Source: Phyllobates terribilis | Lineage: Eukaryota | Length of the DNA: 64,000 bases | Direction: 5' to 3' | Assembly (NCBI RefSeq): GCF_046119375.1 | Contig: NW_027362770.1 | Span: forward strand, 182,280,001-182,344,000 | Shown here: piece after piece, positions 52,184 to 64,000 of the stretch | Layout: each line of letters starts with the position of its first letter | How positions within the stretch are numbered: the first letter of the stretch is position 1 | Notes under the pieces: generated by a model | The model's database searches: none | What the model saw: the letters and a program-made list of their open reading frames with translations, nothing else | Told to the model about the DNA's origin: nothing | Made by a program: the position numbers and the translations under genes

Positions 52184-53472
52184 AACCACATCTACCCCAG
52201 AGCTATGGCTGTTTGTGTCCCGCCGAGTAGCGTAGCTACTGGGGGGTGGAAGAGGGTGCGGCAGCCCCGGGCCCCCGCCCTCTGAAGGGTCCACCCGGAG
52301 CTACGCTATGTTTAACTCTATCAGCCTGCGCCGATACAGTTAAACTCTGCGGCAGAGCAAGGAGACATGATCTGCATTATATTGAATGGGGTGCATTATA
52401 CTATATGGGGATGCATTATATTGAATGGGGTGCATAATACTTAATGAATTAGACTACATAGGGTTGCATTATACTATATCGGCTATGGGGTGCATTATGC
52501 TGTATGGGCTATAGGATGCAATTATACAGTATGAAGGTTTGTGTGGGGTCCATCCTGCTGTAGAGGTGGTGGGGGTCACAGTTGGCATCACTACACTTTT
52601 ACAGGGCAGTTGAGGGGTGGGGTACAGTAGGGCCATATATTTTACAAATGCAATGAAAGGGGAATCTAAGGCTCCAGTAGGAGCAAAATTAGAGGGCGCA
52701 GTAATGGGGACACATATGGCAGCAGCCTATCAGCATTGGGGTAGCAGCAGGATAAGGCGTTTGTGCTGGTTGGGGATAATTGTGCCTGAAATGTGAGAAG
52801 TCATATGTATCTTTGTTGTAATCTTTGCAGCCGAGTCTTGGCTGGAAGAAGTTGCCATGTCGGTCTGGGCCAGATGGAAAAGACGGGAAAAGTGAATGAC
52901 TCTACCAGAAAGAAGGTCATCTGTAAGTCACCATCTACAACTGTACTGTGATCTTACATGTTCTACAGGACTGGTATCTACCACTATATGGTCACTATAT
53001 CATGGTAATATCATTGTTGGTCTTTGAATAGAGATTTCTTTTAGTAACAGCGCTGTCGTCTGCTGAGGTTCTCCTATATCCACTATTGGTATTTGGTCAG
53101 TATTCAGTCAGTATTTTTTCTCAGGAGTGGGAGACAAAACCAGAAGAGGAACAATCAGATTAAAGATATAATAGAAACAAGTCACCAATTCTGCATTTAT
53201 CATCCACTCCTGGTTTTGGCTCCCACTCCTGAGAAAAAATACTGACCAAATACTGATAGTGGGGCCGTGGCCTTAGGGTGCGCCACCATAGCTGTAATCA
53301 GGATTACCTGGAGGGGCCCACTCGGAAGTTTCGCCCCTCCTGACCCAAACCCCTAGCTACGAGGGCATTACTGGCCTTGCTGGTGTATGGGGCCTGGTGA
53401 GCAGAAGAAAAGAGTGGAGGCCAAGGACCCCGCTCTTTTGCCTCTGCTCACCGGACCCCAGGGTATAAAAAT

Positions 53473-56400
53473 TAGTGTTGAGCCACCCCCGTAGTGTTCG
53501 GGTTCGGTTCGGTTCGTCGAACACCGGAATGTTCGAGGAACTGTTCGTCGAACTGTTCGTCGAACACCGTTAAAACCAATGGCAGGCAAACAAAAACACA
53601 TAGAAACACATAGAAAACACCTTCAAAGGTGTCCTAAAGCTGACAAACTGCTCAGAAGACGCTTTCTTTAAAAAAGCCGGCCGGCAATTCAGCAGCGGCA
53701 TACACCGGTACCCGACAATTTAGACAAGAAGGAATAGAGCCTCACACATAGATTAGATAGATAGAAACATGTCAGTCACATATATATGAAGTACAGTGAC
53801 AGTGTTGCTTACTGTACTTGTCATTTAGTGTAAAGGATTTATTAAAAAATATAATAGTGTTTTCATGCACTGTCTCTTTAAAAAAGCCGGCCGGCAATTC
53901 AACATCTGTACCCGACAATTTATAACAGACAGAATAGAGCTTCACACATAGATTAGATAGATAGAAACATGTCAGTCACATATATATGAAGTACAGTGAT
54001 AGTGTTGGTTACTGTACTTGTCATTTAGTATTAAAATAAAGGATTTATTATTAAAAAAATTGGCGTGGGGTTCCCCTTAATTTTAGTCTCTAGCGGAGGT
54101 TAAGCAGACGGCTGGGGCAGATGTTTGAAGCCTGGGAAGGGGGTAATACCCACGGAGCTTCCCAGGCTACTAATATCAGCCCCCAACTGAATACATAGCC
54201 TTTACTAGCTATTAAAATGGGGGACCCCCCCAAAAAAATGACGTGGGGTCCCCCCTAATTTAATAGCTAGCAAAGGCTAGGCAGACAGCTGGGGGCTGAT
54301 ATTAATAGCCCAGGAAGGGAGCCATGAATATTGGCCCCCTCCCAGGCTAGAAACACCAGCCGTCAGCCGCCCCAGAAATGGCGCATTCATAGGATGCGCC
54401 AATTCTGGCACTTAGCCTCGCTCTTCCACGCTGCCCTGTAGCGGTGGCAGGGGGTAATAGGGCTGGGGTTGATGTCAGCTTATAATGCCAGCTGACATCA
54501 AGCCCAGGTTAGTAATGGAGAGGCGTCTATAAGACACCCCCATTACTAACCCCATAGTCAAAGTTAAAAGAAAACACAAACACCCAGAATAAAGTCCTTT
54601 AATTGAAATAAAGACACAATCCTTTATTGTTCTAAATTAAACCATACTTACCATCACGCCCATTCCAGCTGAAGCCAACGATCTCCTGCAATAAAAGAAA
54701 AATAATAAAGCAACATCATCCTTACCTTTCCATGGTTCCCACGACAGCTTCAGCTCTGCTACATCGAGATGACAGGCTGGACCGCAGCAGAACGCTGCCA
54801 TCCAGCCTGTCATCCCGCAGACACTGAGAAGCGCAGGCATGCTTGCGCTCTGCAGTGTCTGGCTGTGACGGCATAAAGATGAGACGAGTTCATGTCCAAT
54901 GAACTCGGCGCACCTCATGCACGTCACTGACAGCGTGGGAAAATTCTCACGCTGAAGCGCTGAGTGCAGGAGAATTCTCCCACGCTGTCAGTGACGTGCA
55001 TAAGGTGAGCTCATGTCCAATGAACTCAGCTCACCTCCTGCACGTCACTGACAGCGTGGGAGAATTCTCCTGCACTCAGCGCTTCAGCGTGAGAATTCTC
55101 CCACGCTGAAGCGCTGAGTGCAGGAGAATTTTCCCACGCTGTCAGTGACGTGCATGAGGTGAGCCGAGTTCATTGGACATTAACTTGGCTCATCTGGATG
55201 CCCTCACAGAGAGACACTGTGGAGCGCAAGCAAGCCTGCGCTTCTCAGTGTCTGCGGGATGACAGGCTGGATGGCAGCGTTCTGCTGCCATCCAGCCTGT
55301 CATCCCACAGACACTGAGAAGAGCAGGCATGCTTGCGCTCCTCAGTGTCTCGCTGTGACGGCATCCAGATGAGCCGAGGTCATGTCCAATGAACTCGGCT
55401 CACCTCATGCACGTCACTGACAGCGTGGGAAAATTCTCACGCTGAAGTGCTGAGTGCAGGAGAATTCTCCCACGCTGTCAGTGACGTGCATAAGGTGAGC
55501 TCATGTCCAATGAACTCAGCTCACCTCATGCACCTCACTGACAGCGTGGGAAAATTCTCCTGGACTCAGCGCTTCAGCGTGAGAATTCTCCCACGCTGTA
55601 AGTGACGTGCATGAGGTGAGCCGAGTTCATTGGACATGACCTCGGCTCATCTTTATGCCGTCACAGAGAGACAATGTGGAGCGCAAGCATGCCTGCGCTT
55701 CTCAGTGTCTGCGGGATGACAGGCTGGATGGCAGCGTTCTGCTGCGGTCCAGCCTGTCATCTCGATGTAGCAGAGCTGGACCCGTCCTGGGAACCATGGA
55801 GAGGTAAGGATGAGGTTGCTTTATTATTTTTCTTTTATTGCAGGAGATCGTTGGCTTCAGCTGGAATGGGCGTGACGGTAAGTATGGTTTAATTTAGAAC
55901 AATAAAGAATTGTGTCTTTATTTCAATTAAAGGACTTTATTCTGGGTGTTTGTGTTTTTTTTAACTTTGACTATGGGGTTAGTAATGGGGGTGTCTTATA
56001 GACGCCTCTCCATTACTAACCTGGGCTTGATGTCAGCTGGCATTATAAGCTGACATCAACCCCAGCCCTATTACCCCCTGCCACCGCTACAGGGCAGCGT
56101 GGAAGAGCGAGGCTAAGTGCCAGAATTGGCGCATCCTATGAATGCGCCATTTCTGGGGCGGCTGACGGCTGGTGTTTCTAGCCTGGGAGGGGGCCAATAT
56201 TCATGGCTCCCTTCCTGGGCTATTAATATCAGCCCCCAGCTGTCTGCCTAGCCTTTGCTAGCTATTAAATTAGGGGGGACCCCACGTCATTTTTTTGGGG
56301 GGGTCCCCCATTTTAATAGCTAGTAAAGGCTATGTATTCAGTTGGGGGCTGATATTAGTAGCCTGGGAAGCTCCGTGGGTATTACCCCCTTCCCAGGCTT

Positions 56401-57142
56401 CAAACATCTGCCCCAGCTGTCTGCTTAACCTCCGCTAGAGCCTAAAATTAAGGGGAACCCCACGCCAATTTTTTTAATAATAAATCCTTTATTTTAATAC
56501 TAAATGACAAGTACAGTAACCAACACTATCACTGTACTTCATATATATGTGACTGACATGTTTCTATCTATCTAATCTATGTGTGATTCTCTATTCCTTC
56601 TATTCTAAATTGTCGGGTACCGCTGCTGAATTGCCGGCCGGCTTTTTTAAAGAGACAGTGCATGAAAACACTATTATTTTTTTTGATAAATCCTTTACGC
56701 TAAATGACAAGTACAGTAAGCAACACTTTCACTGTACTTCGTATATATGTGGCTGACATGTTTATATCTATCTAATCTATGTGTGAAGCTCTATTCTTTC
56801 GGTTCTAAATTGTTGGGTACCGGTGTATGCCGCTGCTGAATTGCCGGCTTTTCGTGTTTCACTGTGAGCACTGTTCCCATCGATTTGGGCAATCACTGTA
56901 ATGCCACAACCACCATGGCTGTGGCATTACAGTGAGTGGCAGACAATCCCTGCATGATTGGTGCTCTAAATAGCACCAGACATGCAGGACACGCTTTTGG
57001 TGCATGAACAGTTATCGAACATAACCTCGAACAGCCGAATTTTTTGCAAATCGTTCGGGTTCGTCGAACAACTCGAACACCGCCCAAAACAGCTCGAATT
57101 TGAGATTGGCGAACAGTTCTAGTCGAACACCGCTCATCTCTA
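53473..57142. mobile_element. hAT-like palindromic element, copy B (central 1.3 kb absent)
   Basis: TAGTGTTGAGC and GCTCATCTCTA termini; same ATAAAAAT/ATAATAAT flanks; fusion junction at 55284-55288. Confidence 0.78.
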
Positions 57143-59654
57143 ATAATAATGCATTGTGCGCCGGTGGTGCACATCTCTGCTCTGGAAGCTTTCCTGGAGC
57201 TCTGCAGCCGTTAAAACAGAACGGGCGCACAGCTCCGGGGGACCTCCCTCCGCCACTTCTGTGATGCGCTGGTGACGGCGCCTAAATGATGAAGTCATCG
57301 CGTAGCCGACGGCATGTACACGTGCCAGGCTACCAGTCCAAAAGTGGAGCTGCAAGGGATCGTATGAGAGGTAAGTATGGCATTTTTTTTAAATACAATT
57401 AACTAAATTGTAACAGCAAATAATGATGCATTGTGGGTGAGGGATGGGGAACAGTAAATAATGATGTATTGAGGTGGGGAGCACAAATAATGATGAATTG
57501 GGGGTGGAGGAAAGCAAATGTTGAATTGAGGGTGGGGGATGTGGACAGTAAATGATGAAATAAGGTTGGGGTACAGGGGAAAGCAAATGATGTATTGAAG
57601 GGGGGGGGACAGGTGACAGCAAATGACGTATTGAAGGTAGGGGACGGGGGACAGAAAATGATGAATTAAGGGTGGAGGACGGGCAGGGCTGCCACCAGGA
57701 ATTTCAGAGCCCAATACTGGCAACATTTTCGAGCACCCTTGAGCTCCATTCAGGCTACACCGCCGCTCCGCCTCCAACCCAGGGGCGGCTCCAGGTTCTT
57801 GTGGGCCCCTTTAACACATACCACGATTCATGGTGCACAGATACCGCAGAGAAATATATATATCTAACAGTCTATTCAGTGGGACTATCAGCTGTGTATC
57901 CACCTGACTTCTGCACAACACAACTGATGGTCCCCAACCCCATTTATAAGGCAAGAAATCCCACTTATTAAACCTGACAGGGCACACCTGTGAAGTGAAG
58001 ACCATTTCTGGTGACTACCTCTTGAAGCTCATCAAGAGAATGCCAAGAGTGTGCAAAGCAGTCATCAAAGCAAAAGGTGGCTACTTTGAAGAACCTAGAA
58101 TATAACACATATTTTCAGTTGTTTCACACTTTTTTGTTAAGTATATAATTCCACATGTGGTAATTCATAGTTTTGATGCCTTCAGTGTGAATGTACAATT
58201 TTCATAGTCAAGAAAATACAGAAAAATCTTTAAATGAGGTGTGTCCAAACTTTTGGTCTGTACTGTAGTAAAAGGCCAAAGTTTTCACTTCTCACATTAC
58301 ATGAGCGATATCTATTGTAAATTCCACAATAGTTCAGAAACCGGCGAATCGCTCCACACAGAAAACAGGCCCCCATAAAATGCTCCGCAATGCCTCATGC
58401 AGGCTGTTCCCCCCACATAATGCCCCATGAAGGATGTCACCCCCCTCCCTTATAATGCCCCATGCAGGATGTCACCCCCCTACCTTATAATGCCCCATGC
58501 AGGATGTCACTTGCCCCCCCCTTTATATAATGCCCCATGCAGGATCAGAAAGTCACCCCTCCCTTATAATGCCCCATGCCTCCATACATTAAAAAAAAAA
58601 ATCAAATACTTACCTCACTTCTTATCTTCTGCTGCTGCTCTGGACTCCAGTGTCGCCGGCGTCTTCCCGCTCTGCGCTGTGAATGCTCAGGAGAGGGCAC
58701 GGTGGAAAGACGTCACCTCGCCCTCTGACCTGAGACGTCACAGTCAGAGGACGCGGAAGACACCGGAGCTGCTGCGGAGGCACAGGGAGGGGTAAGTATT
58801 GTGCCGGCTGCCGGGGGCCCTGTGCAAGCGGAGGGGAGCGGGCGCTGACCCTGCTCTCCTCCGCTCACGGGTCCGAAAGCGTGGCGGGTTGCCCAATGGC
58901 GAGTGGGCCCCCCCGCCTGTTCAGGACCCTGGCACTTGCCCGGGTGCTGGCGCCGGGCCTGCTCCAATCCTCAAACCTTCCACAGCCCCTCTGCCCACTC
59001 TTGGAAAAACTCAACTTCTGCACCACATCCTCACCATTCACACATTAACAGTTCCAATCAAACACCATATCAAACACATAGCCATCAGCTTTTGTTTTGG
59101 CCAAAAGATTTTTTAACCCGCGACCACGACAAGGTAGACTCTTTTGGCAGGGCCCTACTCTATTAAAAATTAGTTAAAATATTCAATACTCTTTTTAGGT
59201 ATATTTTTATTTTTCTTTAAGGGAATGTGTCACATATATTTTTAAAAATTACCAATAATACCATATACAAGGAACAAATACCACCACACCATGACCCAAC
59301 CAAATATTACCACCACATAGTAACCGAATAATACCACATGCAAGAAAATACTGCCACACAATGACCAGATCACATATTTACACCACATAGTGACCGAATA
59401 ATATCAAATACAGGTGACAAATACCACCACATCATGACCAGACCACATATTACAACCACATAGTGACCGAATAATACCACATACAAGAAAATACTGCCAC
59501 ACAATGACCAGATCACATATTACCACGTCATAGTGACCTAATAATACTACATACAGGCAACAAATACCACCACACCATGACAAAACCACATATTACCACC
59601 ACATAATGACTGAATACTACAATAGTGAACATTAATAAAAAAAAACGATATTAA

Positions 59655-60442
59655 TCTATATATATAATCGTCTTATCCCATCTGTCTGTCCAGGAAATCC
59701 CGCGTCGCTCATTGGTCCGGCGGCGGCCAATCAGCGACGAGGGATTTCAGAAAAAAGATGGCGGCCGTTAGCGGCTCATCTGCTGGACGGAGGTCAGCGG
59801 CGATGCTGCGGGGAGATGAGCGACGCTAGCAGCAGAACTACCCCGACCGGCGCCGCTGACCTCCTTGTGGCTAACGTCGGAAATTCAGCGCCTTGGCCCG
59901 CTGATCTCCCGACAGCAAGTGTGAACGGAGGACCAGGTAGCGGTGCCGCCAGTCGGGATGCTTCTGCTGCGAGCAGCCGCTCATGTCCCGGCTTCTCGCA
60001 GCAGAAGGAGCCGCACATGCAGCGCTGCTCCCGGGTCCACACTAAGACGATGCTGATTGGTCGCGGCCGGCCACCGCAACCATTCAGCAGAGCGGCGTTT
60101 AAATTTGCCGCCTATATCGCTGATTGGTTGCGGTGGCCGGCCGCGACCAATCAGCAGAGCGGCGTTTACATTTTCCACCCATCTCGCTGATTGGTCAGCG
60201 ATATGGGCGGCAAATTTAAACGCCGCTCTGCTGATTGGTTGCGGTGGCCGGCCGACCGCGACCAATCAGCGGTATGGGCGGCAAATTTAAACGCCGCTCT
60301 GCTGATTGGTCGCGACTGCTGGCCGACCGCGACCAATCAGCGAGATTGGCGCCAAATTTAAACAACTTTCTGCTCATTGCGCCCAGTCGGCCGCATACAT
60401 ATTCTAGAATACCCGATGCGTTCTAATCGGGCCACCAACTAG
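59655..60442 (+). mobile_element. Complete non-autonomous Helitron (tandem copy of 46191-46978)
   Basis: A|TC start, hairpin, CTAG|T end. Confidence 0.88.
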
Positions 60443-63400
60443 TATTACAATAAGTGCCATTATACACACAAGCTCTATATATAGTGTCAATGTACAGATA
60501 ATACAGTGATCACTGGTGATATTATACACAGGAGCTCTGTATATAGTGACAGTGTAGAGGTAATACAGGGATCAACAGTGACATTATACACAGGAGCTCT
60601 GTATATAGAGTATAGTGTACAGGTAATACAGTGATCATCAGTGACATTATACACAGTATCTCTGTACATAGTGTAAGTGTACAGGTAATACAGTGATCAC
60701 TGGTGACATTTTACACAGAAGCTCTATCGACTGTATACTATATACAGTGCAAGTGTACCTACTGTATCCTCACCCATCCCTTGTAGACTGTGAGGCGTCG
60801 TGGGCAGGGTCCTCTCTATTCCTGTACCAGTCGATGACATGCATTATTCAAGATTATTGTACTTGCTTTTTATTATGCATACCCCATTTTCACATGTAAA
60901 GCACCATGGGATAAATGGCACTAAAATAATAAATCATAATATAGTGTACAGGTAATACAATGATGACGGGTGACATTATGCACAGTAACTCTGTGTATAG
61001 TGTACAGGTAATAGTGATCACCAATGACAGTATACACAGGAGCTCTGTACATAGTATACAGTCTATAGTGTAAGTGTACAGGTAACACATTGACTCACAA
61101 GTGATGTCTTTAGTTGAAGTCCTTAATCTTCATTTTTCCTCTTCATTCAGCGCAGCCCGCCATCACTTCTTCCAGACAGGACTCATCTCTACAGAAAATA
61201 ACACACAGTTATCTAGAGCACCGCTTCCAGAGAACATTCCCCACTCCCCCCCAACTTCTACACTATGCAGCTGAGTACAGACATGCACCCACCATCTACT
61301 ATATAATTGTCTTATCCCGTCTGTCTGTCTGTCTAGGAAATCCCGCGTCGCTCATTGGTCCGGCAGCGGCCAATCAGCGTCGCGGGATTTCAGAAAAAAG
61401 ATGGCGGCCGTTAGCGGCTCATCTGCGGGACGGAGCTCAGTGGCGTTGCAGCCGGGAGATGAGCGCCGCGAGGCGCTCATCTCCCAGCCGGTACCAGCAG
61501 AAGGACCCCGACCGCCGGAACCATCTGCGGGACGGAGATGCAGCCGGGAGATGAGCGGCGCGAGGCGCTCATGTCCCAGCCGGCAGCAGCGGAAGGACCG
61601 CCGGCGTCGCTGACATCCATGCGGAAGGGAGGACCGGGGCTGCGGGTCGGGATACTTCTGCTGCGAGCGCCCGCTTATGTCCCGGGTTCTCGCAGCAGAA
61701 GTAGCCGCACAGGCAGCGCCGCTCCCCGGTCCTCACCAAGACGATTCGATGATTGGTCGCGGTCTTCGGACACGACCAATCACTGATCTTAGCGCAAAAG
61801 TTAAATACCGCTGTGCTGATTGGTCTCGGATGCAGCCCGCGACCAATCACCGATTTGGGCGCCAAATTTAAATATCGGCCGCGACCAATCAGTACAGTAG
61901 TGGTTAACTTTAGCCGCAAGATCAGTGATTGGTCGCGGGCCAAGACCGCGACCAATCGCCGATTTGTGCGGCACATTTAAATAGCGGCCGCGACCAATTG
62001 GATGTCAGCGCCGCTCCCCGGTCATCCCTTCACACCCTAGCCGCATGGATGTCAGCGGCGCTGCCTGTGCGGCTACTTCCGCTGCGAGAACCCGGGACAT
62101 GAGCTGGCGCTCGCAGCAGAAGTATCCCGACCCGCAGCGCCGCTCCCCGGTCCTCCCTTCACACCCTAGCCGCTGATGTCCCCACAGTATCCGCATGGTG
62201 TTACAAAGGTCCAGACATTTGTGTTAAAAATCGCTGATTGGTCGCTGGCGCTGCCCGCGACCAATCACCGATTTGGGCGCCAAATTTAAATATCGCCCAC
62301 GACCAATCACCGATCTTGGCTCCACATTTAAACACCGCTGTACTGATTGGTCGCAGACGCTATTTAAATGTGGCGCCAAAATCGGTGATTGGTCGCGCCC
62401 AGCGTCGGCGACCAAGCAGCACAGCGGTGTTTAAATGTGGAGCCAAGATCGGTGATTGGTCGCGGCCGATATTTAAATTTGGCGCCCAAATCGGTGATTG
62501 GTCGCGGGCAGCGCCAGCGAACAATCAGCGATTTTTAACACAAATGTCCGGACCTTTGTAACACCATGCGGATACTGTGGGGACATCAGCGGCTAGGGTG
62601 TGAAGGGAGGACCGGGGAGCGGCGCTGCGGGTCGGGATACTTCTGCTGCGAGCGCCCGCTCATGTCCCGGGTTCTCGCAGCGGAAGTAGCCGCACAGGCA
62701 GCGGCGCTCCCCGGTCCTCACTAATACGATTCCGCTCCCCGCTCCTCACCAATACGATTCGCTGATTAAAAGTGCAAACTGCAACCTTGAATGCCTTCAT
62801 GGTCTATCCATAAGCAGGTCATCCAGGGATTGAGAGATTCATTAATGCCACAAGTAGGATGAGACTTACAGTTAAAGCCTATGTCCCACCATGGAATTTA
62901 ATTATCATCCTAAATGTCTTATTCAAACAAGCATACGAGCCTCTCGAAAATTCAAGCATAAAAATTCTCTCCCTAAAAACTGCCTTCCTGGTCTCCATAA
63001 CGACAGCAAGACGGAAAGGGGAGATACAAGCATTTTCTATCAAAGATCCATACCTAAGGATCCTAGATGACTGCATTAACCTTAGGCTAGATCCAGATTG
63101 ATGCCAAAAGTAGTAACAACTTTCCACATGAGCCAGGAGATAGTCTAACCCTCTTTTTTCCAACACCATAAAAATAGTCAAGAACTGACTTTTCACTCCC
63201 TAGACGTCAGAAGAGTAATCCTCTAATACCTGGAAACAACAAAGGACTGGCGAATAGATCCCAATCTGTTCATACAGTTTGCAGGTAAAAACGGGGAAAA
63301 AGATGTCAAAAGCAACACTGGCAAAGTGGGTTAGTCAGTGATCAGCCTGGCCTATTCTTCCAAAGGAAGATCTCCTTCGGATAACACAAGAGCCCATTCT

Positions 63401-64000
63401 GCTAGAGCGGTGGCCACATCATGGGCCGAACGAGCAGGGGCCTCAGTGGACCAAATCTGCAGAGATGCAACATGGACAAATCTTAACACCTTTTGCAGAC
63501 ACTATAAACTGGACATTTTATCAGGCCAAAAAATGGCCTTCAGAAGAAAGGTCCTCCAGGCAGTAGTTTCGCCCTGAATGTATACTCTGGTGTTCTCCTG
63601 ATGGTGCTGTCAGGAGGGACGTCCTGGAAAGTAGGCATTAGTCCTACCGGGAATAGGTTTTTCATGCAAATCATGCATTGGGGCCTGACAGACTGTAGTT
63701 ACCCCACTGCTCCCAAGACCTCCTCCTCTCCTCCACACTCATACGTTCCTCACCCAATTGCCTCCAACACTTCTCCCGAGTGTCCCCCATCATCTGGAAT
63801 TCTGTGCCCCAACACATCACTATCTCTTCAGGAAGGCTACAGCCTGCAATGTCCACCATTGAAGCTATCGCAACCCCCTACACTACGGTCTCCTCCTCAT
63901 TATCCTGTATACTGTAACCCCACAAGGGCAGGGTCCTCTCCTTTCTGTGCCAGTCTGTCATTGTGAGTTTGTTCACCGTGCTTAATATTTGCATCCTCTA

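Overview
Eukaryotic DNA, most likely a frog (anuran) by histone sequences and transposon families; no prokaryotic features. The window is a rearranged, repeat-dense replication-dependent histone locus. It holds three full-length H2B ORFs, one H2A and one H4 with stem-loop 3' ends, four histone pseudogene fragments, and no recognisable H3 or H1. Two full-length 7SL (SRP) RNA genes lie in an inverted ~3.2 kb duplication (1262-4485 vs 29225-32350). A second inverted duplication carries H4-spacer-H2B (about 18090-20515 vs 34540-37017), and a ~14.6 kb tandem repeat fills the right part (37021-51646, 51647-end). Mobile elements include a near-intact Penelope-like retroelement with two different terminal repeats, each with a minimal hammerhead ribozyme, plus CR1, L2, DIRS, Tc1, hAT, piggyBac-type, Helitron and SINE copies. 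The most striking structures are the recurring 7SL-histone unit, a hAT-bounded 4.4 kb nested palindrome, and a chimeric Tc1-antisense/H2B ORF. All alignments and coordinates were made by eye; repeat boundaries are approximate and the duplications could include assembly artefacts.
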